Assembly: GCA_030704615.1 (NCBI GenBank)
Contig: CM060734.1
Span: 2,294,001-2,358,000 of the forward strand
Direction of reading: 5' to 3'
Source of the DNA: Takakia lepidozioides
Taxonomy: Eukaryota; Plantae; Bryophyta
Length of the DNA stretch: 64,000 nt
Both the position numbers and the translations under genes were made by a program. The number at the start of each line of letters is the position of its first letter. The first letter of the stretch is position 1. Shown here piece after piece: positions 34,820 through 49,000 of this stretch. Below the pieces are notes generated by a model. That model was not told where the DNA came from. It did no database searches and was given only the letters and a program-made list of their open reading frames with translations.

Positions 34820-36260
34820 TTTAAACAGTGATGATCGGTACCGATCATCACTTTGTCTTCTAACAAATGAATGGGAAATGTAGTTGGTTTCCCAATGCAC
34901 GTTCACTCAGTTGTCACTAGACTGCGATGATCAGTACCGACCATCACAAAACAGGTTTGCCAAACTCAAATTACAAATGACAGTCAATGAATAGTGATGA
35001 TCGGTACCGATCATCACTTTCTGCATGTTCATTTGAAGACTTCAGACATCCCGTTGTCCTTTAAAAAATTGAACTGATAGTGATGATCAGTGCCGATCAT
35101 CACTATCTGCCATTGAAAATGACACACCCTAAAGCTCCTAATCAGATTTGGAATGACAAGGATGATGCAAGCATGCAAGGTTTCCTAGCCATGTTTCTTC
35201 CCTTCAGGATTCAGTTGTTATCAAAATTGGTTCTTCACTTGCACGGTCTACAGATTCCCGAGCTGTTCAGAAAGTGATGATCGGTACCAATCATCACAAC
35301 TAGACTGCCCTGGGATGCACACACCCATGAGGTCTGAATGTGATGGTCGGCACTGATCATCACTTTTCTGCAGAATCCCGCCTTTCACTGTATGAGCTTT
35401 TGAGCAAATGAATGGACCTGGAAGCGATGATCGCCACCGATCATCGCTTTTCTGTCACTGCTATTCCTCCAATTAAGTGCCCTGGACCTTTTACATCCTA
35501 AAACTTTTCAGTTTACAAAGGGTTGGTTTCCTCTTTTGGATTCTGGTGTAATGCCCGATTAGTTCAGAAAGTGATGATCGGTACCGATCATCACAATCAG
35601 ACTGCCCTGGGATGCACACACCCATGAGGTCTGAATGTGATGGTTGGCACTGATCATCACTTTCCTGCAAAATCCCGCCTTTCACTGTATGAGCTTTTGA
35701 GCAAAGGAATGGACTTGGAAGCGATGATCGCCACCGATCATCGCTTTTTTGTCACTGCAATTCCTCCAATTTAGTGGGATGGACCTTGTACATCCTAAAA
35801 CCTTTCAGTTTACAAAGGGTTGGTTTGCTATTTTGGATTCTGGGGTAATACCCATTCATTTCAGAAAGTGATGATCGGCACCGATCATCACAATCAGACT
35901 GCCCTGGGATGCACAACCCATGAGGTCTGAATGTGATGGTCGGCACCGATCATCACTTTCCTGCAGAACCACGCCATTGCCAGTCTGAGCTGAACATCAA
36001 GGGAATGGACCTGAAAGCGATGATCACCACCGATCATCGCTTTTATGTCATTGCAATTCTACGAATTAAGTTCCCTGGCCCTCTTCCATCACTATCAAAT
36101 TGGCCTTCTAGGCTTACACCAAGCAGTGACAAAGGTGATGGTCGGCACAGATCATCCCTTTCATTGTGAAACACATCCTTGCCTGCCTGCCTGCCTTCCT
36201 CAATCTACTGAACTACAGCACCAAGGAGATTACTCTGATCGCCACCGATCATCGCTTTTC
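34820..36260. repeat. Array of about 15 GTGATGATCGG(T/C)ACCGATCATCAC palindromes including a 297-bp higher-order tandem repeat
   Basis: Starts at 34828, 34924, 34994, 35080, 35274, 35340, 35424, 35571, 35637, 35721, 35868, 35933, 36017, 36135 and 36232. Extra copies in introns at 31405, 32653, about 32733 and 32872. Confidence 0.95.
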
Positions 36261-37573
36261 CCACATCTTCCGAACATCAGTAAAGAGGAAGAAGAGCGGG
36301 TGAGACAACTTAAGGATCCCTTCGCCTTCTTCGGCTTCGTGGTGGCATCGCTCGGATCGCCCTCTTCTGCTTTCCTCTTCCCTTTTCCATCGGTCTGAAC
36401 ACAAGATCAACCATGTTCTTGAGTTGCACATGGAAGGGAAAGCATCCACGACTAATGAAAACATATATGGTTCGCAGACTTCCTCCCTGTATGACGTCCT
36501 CTGCTCCTCCCCTTGTTCTCTTTTCTTCAGGCATGAACTTGGCTGGCACTGTCTGGTTACCTACGCTCACTGCTCCCTCTGTTGCTATGACAGCGGCAAC
36601 CTCACTCTCACTTCCCAAATGCTCTTCTGCTGGACCTGTCTCCACGTTCACATGCTGCTGAAGCCCTGCACCATCTTGCAAGCGACGCCTCGTCATTTGC
36701 TCTCTTGATCTGAGCCTCTCTCTAAGCAAAGTAAAATACAATGACTTCCTTCTCTTCCGAACCGAACAAGGAACCCTCTCCAGCTTGACTACCTCTCTTC
36801 CTCTTCGTGCAGAAACACGAAAGAAGAACAGACTCGGTGTCTTGCGCGGTTCCGTCGTTTTGGGAGTGTCTCTGGAACCGTCGGATTCCCTCTCGCATGT
36901 CCGATACGTGAATGTACGTCTTAAGTGGAAATGGCGTAACCTAATTGGGACAACTGTTCCTTTGTGCGGCTGTTTTGGGTTGTTGGCGTGTGCAAATATA
37001 AAATAGACATGTGTCTTTTTTGGGATGGCTTCGTTAATATCATCGTACATCGTCATAGATGAGGATTCTGAAAGTAGTTAGGATGAGGCCTACCTAGGAT
37101 TTCAGGGAATATGCGTGCATGGAGACTTCTGGGCCATTTGATGCATAATCGTGAAAGCTTCAAGATGATCAGGCATAGTGAATCTAGTCATGGGCGGATA
37201 AACGATGTATGTACTTCAGTTATCTTGCCATCATCCCTGCATCAGATCCTCTGGCAAGCTTCAAGGAAGTCGGCGGGTTTTTATTGTTTTGGGGCGACTC
37301 TCCGAAATTGGGTGGATCATCTGTCAAATTTGCTCAGAAGACAATGCAGATTGCAGCTCTGACACGTTAATTTGACGGCAGATTGTCAGGAACCATACCC
37401 GCGTAACTTCACAGGTAACTATATGGAATAACAGAATATGCACAATCTTCATGGAATGGGTGCTTCCGCCGCATATCCTGTGCATATGCTTGCCCAGTGT
37501 GGTGCAGACCTGAGTCATATGACTTCGCAAAGGAGCAGCTCAGGAAAGAGAACACCCCGCGGGAGGAGGTAAT

Positions 37574-40500
37574 ATGGCTTCCTCCGAAGCAGAGTTCTCT
37601 TCGGACGACAAACCAGTGCCTTTCTCCAAAGAAGCCCTTGACAATGGATTCGCAATTGTTCTAGAACATGTCTTGGCTACCCGGTTTGAGCTCCAGAATG
37701 GCTCCATCTTCTTGGAGAAAGAGGTGTACGATTTGGATGGGAAGTTGTTGAAATACTCGTTCAAAAACCATGATGAGACAGCTCATGTCAGACAGTGGAG
37801 AGTGCGCCCTGGGAGATACAGAGTCCTTGGAGAGCCTCGGCGAAAGTCCCTTGGATCATATATGACGCCAAGGACTGTTGCTTCTGTCGTTGAAGACAAA
37901 AATGAGGTGGTAGTGAAAAAAGAACAAACATCCTCCACTCCAATCGTTGAGCTTTCGGATTCGTCCGATGAAGACATAAGTGAAATTCCATCTCCTGTGC
38001 ATACTACGCTAGTTGTGGAAGCGGATGTAGAAGAGATTTGTAGTGTCATTCCAAAACTACGGGCAATGGGAAGAATGGCCGGTTTCAAAAGTGAGTTGCG
38101 GGGAATTGATTGAGAATCTTTCAAGCAGATGCCTGTGAAGTTCCTGCCGGAGACTTTTGATGGGGATGTCCTCTTCGTGCTTCCTCCTCCTCCACGAGTT
38201 GGAGGTATAACAAGCATGATGCACGGGATGGACAAGAAACACGATGGACACCCGTGGTGCCGAACAAAAACATCAAATATTCAAAATCATGACAAGCTTG
38301 TTTTCAGGAGAACAGTTTGCAATGGACACCTCAGGTGTGACAATTTGAATTGCAGGCACTTTCTTCAGTCTAGGGTTCATAATCAAAGCGAGTGGGAGGG
38401 TCTCGCAGAAATCCATTTAAACCTGGGGCGGCTCCTCCACCGACAAACACTTTCATTTGCAAATTCTGCAGACTTGTCCCATCCTGTGTGTGGAGCAAGA
38501 ATATACTATGTCGTCCATCATTTGAAAACAATGACAAGAGCTTGTGTGCATTTCGGTTTTCATAACCATCCTGTCTCAAAGGGGGATTATAGGGAGAGTC
38601 TTGAGACAGTTTCGAGGTTGATTAAACAAGAGTATGAGAGCAACCCATCCGCAACAACATCTGCAATTGCTCTTGCTGCAAGCAAGTCCTTCTTGGAGAG
38701 CCATATTTTGAGTGAAGGGGATTCTGTGGGCAGTAAACTTGACGGTCCAGCATTGGACATTGTCATGGATCATTTCTCCACTTTGAGTTCGCCTAACATT
38801 CGGCATTAGATCAATGCATTGAGAATGGGCTCTGGGATCAGAGGCTACATAGACAACATTTTGGAATTGAAACGACGGAGCAAGTACGACTACCTCCAGG
38901 ACAATGTTTTTCCACGTCAAGATGTGACCAAAGTATTTCTTTTCAAAATGTCGACTGCTGGGGAGGGCAGCGGGGTTAGCCTCGTGAAGCGGATGCAGAA
39001 GAGTGGCGACTTAGAGAAATGTTTTCTTATGTTTGATCATGTGAAACGAGTGAAAGATTGGACGACAATGGCTTGTCATGTGTACGATCCTATGTACCAA
39101 CGAGTTATGACAATTGCAGTGTGTGACATGCAATCCGAGGATACGGAATCCCATAAGCTAATGTGGAAATCGCTGATTCGTGTTATGGGCTGCCATGGGG
39201 TGCCATCTCCAAATTTTGCTGGTTTCATGGCAGATAGTGCTCAGGCGAATTTCAATGCTATTCGAATTGTCTTCGGATCTAACGACCCAAAAGTGCCAAT
39301 GGAGGGAAGAGAGCGTACATGTCTGTTCCATTGGACACAATCTTTGGAGAAACCTACAAAGTCGGACATCAAACCAGAGATGCAAACATAACATCATAAA
39401 TTGTGCAAAGAGTACAAAGATGCTAGAACAATGAAGGAGGCGAACACTTTGTTCCAGACAATTCGTGTCTGGTGGTTCTCTTCTGGAGCTGCATCGCTTG
39501 AGAGTATGAGAGCATTGGAAGATTGGCTGGCGTTTTGGCACTTCTGGTACAGACAATGGGGAGTAGCCATGACAATGGTGTATGGCTTCTATTGCTTGCT
39601 TTATTCATAACTTTACTTTCCAAATTTTGCTTTGCTTGCTTTCGTTATGTTGTTGTCTGTCCGCTGTTCTCAAGTGTGGTTTTCCACTTTGTAGAACATG
39701 TCCATTGAGGAAATGATAGACATGCCATCTTGCAATTTGATAGAGACAGTGCACAACGCATGGTTACAACAGTCTGGGAAACGAGGTCAGGATTTGTATG
39801 TGGCAACAACAGATGATCTGATATGTGCCTTGCAACAACAAACCAAATACCGTGACTTCTTGCGAGGTAGGGTTGGTGGCAAGGGTCTGGACAAACTAGA
39901 GTTGATGTTGCGTGCTGTAAGCAGATCTGGGGATCCAAACAAGATAGCATGGGCGGTGAGCATGTATGCCCAGGGAACGTCACTTGTGTCTAGAGTTCTA
40001 CATTTGGAAGGGGAGGAAAGATTCGGCTCCTATAAGAGGAAATTGAACACCCCACCTGGTTCGGATTCCGATTCGCACAGGGCAGACCGTGATAACTTCT
40101 CGAAGCCTCGTGTTCCCTTGCTTGAGAGATCCATGTCCGGAACCTCCGTCACGACGGCAGGTTCCAGCATCAAACACTCCCACTGAAATGGTGCAGGAGA
40201 CAGACTTGCTCCCTGATGTGTTGGAATCCATGTGCCCCGACCACGTTTGGCACATAGAATGCACAAGTGCAGGGTCTCATGTGAAATGTACTGCGATCAG
40301 GGCAACTAATTTCAAAAAATGCACTTCATATATATCCAGAGGCGGTGCCCGGACTCCTGCTCCGACTTTCACTGGTTTGATGCGTCCATACGGCCAACCA
40401 GAAGCTAAGAACCACAAGTTCTGGTTCTGCGCAGATGATTGTGATAAATGTATGCATGGAACTGTGCGACCTTCCGTGGTGATGAAGCCGGCTCCACCAA

Positions 40501-41056
40501 CCGTTTGGCCCGTCAAGGTGGGAACACATCTCACAAATCAAGAGATTGCAATGCTGGAGGAGGCAGACTTTTCCCTTGCAAGACAACCCTCTCTGCATGC
40601 ATCTGCTTCCAGTTCCGCGGGTTGTCGGATCCCTCCGGTAAATCCTCACTTGTAGCCAACCAAACGAGATGGAAAGTTGGTTCGACGTTTCCCTCCAACC
40701 GCGGAACACTTCAACAAGGTAGAGTCCGCAAAAATGCTTCAAGCTCGTGTTGCAAGCACCACGGAAGTGCCCGATCCAGGGTATGGTCGGGTGTACAGAA
40801 TGATCACTTCGACATCTGCTGTTCATGACAGGGCGTACGACATCACAGTTTAATTTCCCCAATTGCACCTGTCCTGATTTGTGAATATGCTATCAACCAG
40901 TTTGGGCAAGAGTGATAAATTCATACCCTGCAAACATTTGTATTTCATATTTTTGAAGATGATGGTTTGCGATCCCAAGCGTGACAACTTCATTCACCAG
41001 GCCACTCTGAGTTTCAACGAGGTCGATACTCTATTGCAGCGGGATACAACACATAG
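37574..41056 (+). pseudogene. MULE-type DDE/SWIM transposase of MULE-2
   Basis: HDGHPW, CNGHLRC, LMFDHVKR, FMADSAQANF, CLFHW, LIETVHNAW, SWIM CTCPD..PCKHLYFI. Collinear with 12448-16151, with the same intron (about 39578-39694) and several stops. Confidence 0.9.
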
Positions 41057-41878
41057 GTAACATCAACTATCACTTCGTGTATCTGGAATGTGGTGAATGT
41101 GCAATCTGGAATCTGCAATCTAAAATTTGGTTTATATGGACTGTGAGTATGCAATCTGGTATGTGGACGACCATGCTGTGTAATGTGCAATTTGCAACAT
41201 TGTCATTGAAATTCAATTCAATTGCAACATCGTCGGCGGTGCAATGATATAACATCCCTTATCCCTCCATTATGCTTCCAACTATACTCAGTGAGCTCTA
41301 AGTGACAACTATTAAAAACACATGCATCATTACGTCTTTTGAAGTCTACACGTGCTCCTGTCACTATATACTGCAATCATCTTTTGAATGTGATTCCAAC
41401 TTTCATTGTTATTTGGGGAGGGAGCAGGGTCTTTCCGTGGCAGCTTCTATGGCATTCACGTTGTGAGGTTATTTTGTCGTCCTTGTAATTGTAATAGTGA
41501 AACAAACAATTGTAATTGCACAATCTTGGATGCCACAGTTGTATGCTTATTTCCCATTTCGGGTGCTTCATGGTAGTCTTCATTGTGTCCGGCCAACAAT
41601 TGCCTGGATTAATCCCTAGGTCATAGGACCATCCTCGGTTATAGGCGCCGCATGTTTATGCTGATGTGGCGGATGATGACGGAGCGCCACATTAGCATTT
41701 GTCACCATGTCAGCTTGATGACATCACGCTCGCGCCGCGTCAACGTAGGTGCATGCTCACGCCACATCAGCTGGCGTGAACACGCCAAAGGCTCATGCCG
41801 TTGCGTTGTTGAATAAAAGATCAGCCTCCACAGCAACTACAAACCACCTGTTGCCGCAAGGCGTCACCCCCCTATATA

Positions 41879-44173
41879 TTGACAACCAATTGCTCCATGG
41901 TATGTGTCTTTGTCACAGACCCCCACTTTCTCACCTTGTCTACGATCTTCCACTCTCGTATCACACCAACCTCCACAGTCTTCTCTGTTCTACTTCATCA
42001 CTTCAACAAACCTCCTAGCACATCTAGCACTCAATCAGGTAGAAGTCAGCAACGCATAGGCAGTGCTCTCAAACACCAGTGCTACAGCACTCAATACCTT
42101 CAAGCCCAACAGGAGGAGGACTCGGCGAACGTGAACATAGTCGAGGAGGATGCGGACGTCAGCAACATGCACGTCTCAGACGAGCAATTCTTCGCCGACG
42201 ATCAAGTTTTTCAAACCAAGTCTTCCCAAGACCTGGCTGAGAACACCAACGATGGAGCCAATTCGCCCCCGGAAAGAAGGTCCTACAAGATCAGCCCGTC
42301 CACCCAGCGACGGGCCCCTCCGCCAGCGGCAACCAACATGACCAGCGGAGCTATGAACACTAGCCCTGGTCTCAAAAGGCTCTCCGGCGAAATCAATAGT
42401 AACGAATGCAACTCACACTCCGACCCAAAGAAGTCCAGAGGTGCTGCCCCGAATACTCCACAGCCAATTCTTGAACACACCAGCCCTCAACCTCCACTGC
42501 AATTATGGATGGGCTACTCGGTGCTCCAACAACTTGCGCTAGACGCTAATCTACCTATTGTCAGGGAGATGCGCTCCACCACGGAGCTCAAGCAGTTGGG
42601 CCTCCAGGCCCAGGAAATTCACGAACTCAGGTACTGCTTAAAAGCATTTCCCCATGTTCCACAGTTGTATTTCCCTGCCACAAGATAGGATGGGAAAGAT
42701 GGGCAGTTCTACCCGCTCACCCAGCTCCCCAAAGGAACGGAGGTGGACCCGGAATCGGGCCTATCTGCAATACCCCATCACATCGTTATTCGATTTGACA
42801 AAGATACAGATATGCCCCAAGAGCAGGCACTATACCGAGCAAAAAAGAGGTTCGCTGACATGAATATCCCACTGGGAGATGTGCTATACTCGCCAGTCAC
42901 TGCCTACATAAAACATGCAAGTAAGATGTGGTCGGGCATTCTCAGGGTCGAGCTCCAACATCCGGCTACAGATGGGATCGCCCTTCTCAAGGGCAACAGA
43001 GCATTTGTTATGGAAATTCCGCTCCAAGGTAAAGTCGAAAAAGCGTTTGACCTGCTTCCATCGTCGGATTACCTCTCTCTATACATGAACAGTGAGGCTC
43101 TGCTGGGCACCATCAGTTACAGGCTCACGATGCATTTCATAATGGAAACGTACCAGCAGGGGGACGAGTTCGAGATCATAAACGTGTACAAACCGGGACC
43201 TGAAAAGAAATTTTGTTTCATCTATCTGGCCTTAGTGGATACAAAGAAGCGTATGCTGGAGATGGGCACCCGAATCAACCGTACACTTATCAAGCCACAG
43301 CTGCGCATCAACCGCGGTAGCACGACCGGCCTAGCAGCCACCCCTCAAGAAATAGTGGCAGAAAGGGACGCGCTCACATTAGTGGTCAAAAGCCTCAACC
43401 CCTTGCACTCCCAGGCAGACACGGAAGCAGCCCTGCAGGTAGCTTTCGGCAAGGACAACATACTTCAAATCTACTTCAACAAAATCGCCCCAATGGAGAA
43501 AACCAAGCACACAGGCATAGCACTCCTAACCTGCAAAAACTCAAGCGTATACACTCAGTGGTGCAACAAGCCCCACATCCATGTGCTTGGCAGGCTTGTG
43601 AAATTCGAACCACATACAAATAGCTTGAACGGCTTAGTACCCCCGGCCAACAAGATTTTGGAGCGACTTCGCGGGGCCAACATCAATCAGGCCCTGGCGG
43701 ACACAGTAAACTCTATCAGTATCAAAGCAGACTTTGGTTCACGTAAGGGGCATGACAGCATCATGCTCGAAATCGACAGGAAGCTAGCGGAACACGCCAT
43801 CTCCATCAAAACCAACATCCGTGGGGAACTGGCAGCTATGGAATCCAGGGTTGCTATCATTATGGCTACGCAACAGGAGGAGAATCACTCCTATCTGGTC
43901 TCGCCGCAGGATTCCATCACAAAAAACATAGGGGCCAACTTGGCCAATTTTTTTAACCATGCGAACCTGGTTCTAGACAAATTGCCACTACCACCAAGCA
44001 AGGTCACTAGCTCCAATGGGCACGGCAAATCCAGTAACCTGCCCAACAGCCACAACGGAGGATATCGGCCATTGGCCCTCCTCGAACTCCTGCACGACGG
44101 GCCTCGTAAGCTAGGCACTGCAGGCCTCCTCGGCGCTCAGCCTGCCCCCGATCTCGGACAAGCAAGCATCTAG
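41879..44173 (+). pseudogene. LINE ORF1-like coding region (frameshift near 42690-42740)
   Basis: Long ORFs 41879-42688 and 42743-44173 upstream of APE-RT, with RRM-like and coiled-coil-like segments by eye. Confidence 0.55.
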
Positions 44174-45410
44174 CGCGCAGCTGACATTATGAACGGAGAT
44201 ACCACCAACGCAATCGCCAACAATCCAAATGAGTAAGCAACAAAGGAGAACCACGGGTGCCAGCTCAGATGTGCAACAGACATTGTCTATCTCCCACCAC
44301 AGCCACCCTTGCGCTCTTCTTTCTAGTATTTTCTCTCACTCATGCTGGCTTCAGCCCCTTTGTAACCCTCTTCTTTGCAATGCAGCAGCTACCTCTACAT
44401 GCACCAGCAGGGGTCTCCTATCAGCTCTGTTCTCCCACTCCACTGCACCCCCAACTCATAAATTTGAATTTCTCTACTGATTACCATGCATCTACCCTAA
44501 CATCCAATTTCTATGCGTATACGCACCGTGCTCACACTCAGCGAGCTGCTAGCTCCTCACGATCACTATACTCTGCAGGACTCCCGGCCCAAAGCACCTC
44601 TCTAAGTTATACCTCACTTCTCTGCTCTAAACTACTTCAACCCGCGATCACCCTACCCGCTATGTGGGCCCCACATGCAGGACCTACCCCTGCTCGCCAC
44701 CTCACTGCCCCTGTACTTAACCACCTGTCCCACTCCCTCTTACGAATACACCCCCTCACTAAAATTCAAAACCAAACCCGCTACCCTACCCCACATCCCT
44801 ATATTACAGCACTCCTGTCCATGGATGGCCAACGGTCCCCTCCGGCCCCCCCTTCCCCCCCCTTCTCGCCACCCGCCAGCACCAATATACCCAATTATGG
44901 CAATAATTCTCTAATATCCCCCCCATGACTAGCATGCCAGTAGGGATGAATGTAACTCACCCAATCCACCAGTACCCCTTCAACCCCCATCCATACCACC
45001 CCAGCTCCATCCAAGTAGCCATACCTTCATCCGCAACCATGCCCACCTTCATCCATCCACGTATAAAGCCCTTTTTCTTCCCTCTCTCCCATCTAAAATC
45101 CACACCCATCACCCACCAAATACCCGTACGGACGGAACTATACAAGAATCAACGCACAATCAAACCCCCCATACACACCCAAGCAACCAGCTCCACTTAT
45201 ACATACTACACTACCACCAATGTCACCCCCCCCTCCCATATACTCTTACAACAACTGCCTCTCACTCACCTCCATCCCTAGATCCCTCAAGACTCACCTC
45301 ATAACCCACTGCCCACACGGTAGATATCACCAGAAACCTCTAGCATCTAAACACTCCTTTCACCACCCCCCCCGTCCCACCTTAAAACCCATAAAATTAT
45401 AAGTGAAAAG

Positions 45411-45455
45411 CTTCTTCTCCTACGTTGTGGTGACATCCACCCAAACCCAGGCCCC
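45411..45455 (+). other. 2A-like (StopGo) peptide motif LLLLRCGDIHPNPGP
   Basis: Direct translation of cttcttctcctacgttgtggtgacatccacccaaacccaggcccc, upstream of the APE domain. Confidence 0.75.
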
Positions 45456-46066
45456 GTCACCATCACCAGCATTATAAACAAACTCCCCGGAGACCACCAA
45501 GAGAGATATGAACTATATTTCCAACAAGACACGATCTCACTTGTACCGACATACCAACACCTCCATGACCGCTTCTCCCCCTTTCTTCCCAGCCCCCCCA
45601 CAACAACCACAAACCCACACACCCAATCGCCACCTTTGGGCTCCCAGCCTGTCAAAACCTATCCCTGATCACTACCCTCCAGAAACTTCACACGTACCCT
45701 ACACAACATCTCATTTTCTCCCTAATTATCACCATCTCTCCAATCCCCTCAATATGTAATGACTACCTTATAAGCCAACCAAACACAGACATATGCTCAC
45801 TACTACAACAACTACACAATTTACCCCCACTACCCCACAAATACCTAGCACCTCCACACTATCTGTACAACTTACACGAATCTCTCAACCTGCTACAAGC
45901 CAAGCCCGGGGAAGTACATAGGCTACTAGGCGAACATCTGGCACACCCAACCGCCGCCACACAAGAGTTAAATACCATCTCCAACAAATTTCCATTCCTT
46001 TTCGAGAATATTCTCAAGGCAACCCTACAAGCCAAGGCAGTCATCCCAGGATATCTACCCCCACCA

Positions 46067-49000
46067 GTGCTAGCACCACCCACCTCACCTTGCACCAACA
46101 GCCCCGTCAGATTACCACCTCCAGAACCCCCTAGATCCTCTAACCTCCCGCATTCCCCCTCCGCACAGAATGCACACTCACTCCACATAATAACTTGGAA
46201 TGTAGGCTCACTTGCTACTAGCATTCAGAGTTTAATTCATCTCACAGACTCTACACCCCCACATATCCTCCTCCTACAAGAAACCAAACTCAACACACAC
46301 AACCCCAATAGTTCTTATATCAACAAACTCCTCCCAGCCTATTATATGCAATATGACAACTCGCTCACAACTGCTCAATGCCTCAACAGGCGCTCCGTGC
46401 CATATCATCCCACCCGGGGCGGGGTGGCTCTTGGCATCCTCCGTACACATCACTTCCCTAGTACTACGATTAAAATACCTGTCAATCTCCCCCTACGGTG
46501 GCACCTCCAAATCATCCAACTACACCTCCCCCGCGCGCTCCCCTTTATTACCCTCATACACTTATACATGCCATCACACATCTACCTCTGATCCCGGATA
46601 TCATACTCACCATATCCAAAACACTCAACCAACCCTAAACCCATCCCCCACAATATATCCTTGCAGGTGATTTTAACATAGACATTGCCCTACTGGGCCA
46701 CACATACAATGGTATACATAAATCTCCATCTACAGCTGATCGCGAGTGAGCAAAATTTACTCAAACTTCTCGATCTTCTCGATCGCGTTTTTAATAAAAA
46801 CACAAAATGAGATACCAACAGACTCAACAGTATGTAACATATTAAGCGTATAGCAACTCCAGATCACTACCCAGTCTCTGTTAACAATCCCACCATATCT
46901 CATCCCCTTCAGACCTATACCACATCTTATGCTAAAACTATCAGACATACTCACAGATACAAACGTCACACAGTCCCCTAATCAAACCTGGACCGAATAT
47001 GAGATCATACTCACAACTTATGCAATTTTTGAAATGACCAAACACGTCATTGCCACCTGCCCCCCCCCCCCCCCCCGAGATTCCACAAAACCACACGTTC
47101 CAAACAAAATGGGGGGATACCTTAACCGCACACAGAAATGTTCATGGACATTCACACTAATAATACAACATGATCAGACGCGCCATCTGCTATTATACCA
47201 ACCACCACTCCGTCCACCAGCGGAATAGTTGGGCAAGGACCCCGTATCACTTGTTAAAACAACCTAACAACATGCCAAACACTTATGCCCCCACCTGAAA
47301 ACCCCCACAACATCCCTAACTGGATAGCCGCTCTCTCCAAAATTGGGAGAGACGCTACGAAAGCCGCCGATAGTATCACCAAACAAAAAACAACCGCCAA
47401 CCACAAAAAAAAAGTGTTTCCTCTTTTAACCAATTGCTACACGACCATCCCCAAAAAGCCCAAAAAGCCATCTTCAACCCGGCCCTCAACCCACCCATCG
47501 ATTGTTTCAACACCGGCAAGGTCACCTGCTAACCAACCTACTGGACATCAACCAAGAAATATGGTCACAAGCATCCTCAACCTAAAAACCTAAGTTACAA
47601 ACTGTCTACACCCAAATCTTCACACTGCCAACTGCATATGTAAAGTTGAACACTACCCATGGCATGACATAGACGGCTTCTCATCGACAAACGGGGATCC
47701 CCAACAGATCGCATCCTAGATCTATTCACAGTTGATCTATACGAATCATATATTAAAAAATTATAGAAATCTAAAGCTCCAAGCCCGGATCTTACCCAAA
47801 TGCCATACTTCAAGCACTGGACCCTCAACTTCATCACCGCCTCTGCAATTTTTTTCAATTATGTTATAGACTACAACGTATACCCGTACTCGTAGGAAAC
47901 ACAGTCGCACCATCCTACTCTTCAAAAAAGGTGACCCTACGGATCTCAGCAATTACAGACCAATTGCACTGGCCAACACCTTATATACAAATTATTTACC
48001 AACACTTTCACCACAATGCTCTAAAGCTACGGCGCACAACACCAAATTCTCAGTGACCCTCAAGAAGGATTCCGCGCCACACGTAGTACAACTCGACAAA
48101 TCCAATATGTTCTATCCGCCTTTGAAGATGCTAAACTTACCAAGCAAGACATATATCTACTATACATCGATTTTAAAAATGCCTTTGGCTCTCTAGATCA
48201 TGCTAGATTATTAGCCATCATGCTTGAGCTAGGTTACCCCACTGATGCCGTTCATTTAATCGGAAACATATACACAAACAGTACCACCGAATATTTTGGC
48301 GCATACTATGGCTCCACCCCACCTATCCCCATCCTTAGGGGCACTATCCAAGGTGACACCTTAAGCCCCTACTTATTTATTATCTTCCTAGAAACCCTGC
48401 TTAGATGGCTCGACCGTGGTAAGCTTGGATATCATTACAAAACCTCCTCCCGCGACATCTCAGCCAAAACATATGCAGACGATCTTGCCATCCTTGCACA
48501 CAAACCACAAAACACTTAAAAACCGACAAGTCACCAAACTATCCAGATTCAGTCAATGGTCAGGCATAGATCTCAGCCTACACAAATGACGCATCACAGC
48601 CGCTACATACCAAAGTCGGCTTACTAAAACTGCCATGGCCTCACACTGTAAACTCTATGCCCATTACCAAAACACATTCTTCCCCTTCCTAGGACAAGAT
48701 GAAACCTACATTACCTAGGTATCCAATTAGTACCATCCCTTACTAGATCTTGTAATCCAAACTAGATACCAAAAGCCTAGCCTTGCTCAAAGCTCCAATT
48801 GTCATCTGCCCCAAACTATCAATCATAAAATCAGTCTTACAAACACAAATTCAATACTTGTTCAATGCGGCACCCTTCTCCATACCCGACGTAAAAACAC
48901 TAGATAAAAAAATTATTCATCTTACTAAGCGTGTTTGTGGCCTACCAATTAGTACCCCTAATGCCCTCACACAAATCCCAACTGACAGCTACGGAATTGG

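Larger units (their letters stand above)
30100..36700 (-). pseudogene. ParB/Srx-like + beta-class amino-MTase-like fusion gene of MULE-2
   Basis: ParB-like exon 34132-34625 (MFYVWDGNHRLLAW). Exons near 33850-34025, 33450-33720, 33030-33235 and 31960-32620. MTase-like TDMVILNIPDGQ (31765-31776), FLSDAGTLLFF, and WRGAREKTPTFMQTLLESC..RVVNLTPSTG spliced to ATYHACKAGGRSFF, then GMEGD in a shifted frame. Intron positions shared with MULE-1. Ends approximate. Confidence 0.82.
29978..41640 (+). mobile_element. Second Mutator-like element (MULE-2) with the same ParB-MTase / transposase layout; termini not established
   Basis: Same divergent gene pair as MULE-1, with homologous exons. The left part appears cut by gypsy A. 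The right end is only tentatively placed near 41636. Confidence 0.8.

Noticed and set aside
35270-36060. CRISPR-like array in MULE-2
   Set aside because: It is a 297-bp higher-order tandem repeat with recurring linkers, not unique spacers.
44229-45759. Several Pro/His/Thr-rich ORFs as independent genes
   Set aside because: Explained by the C/A-skewed, frameshifted N-terminal region of LINE ORF2.
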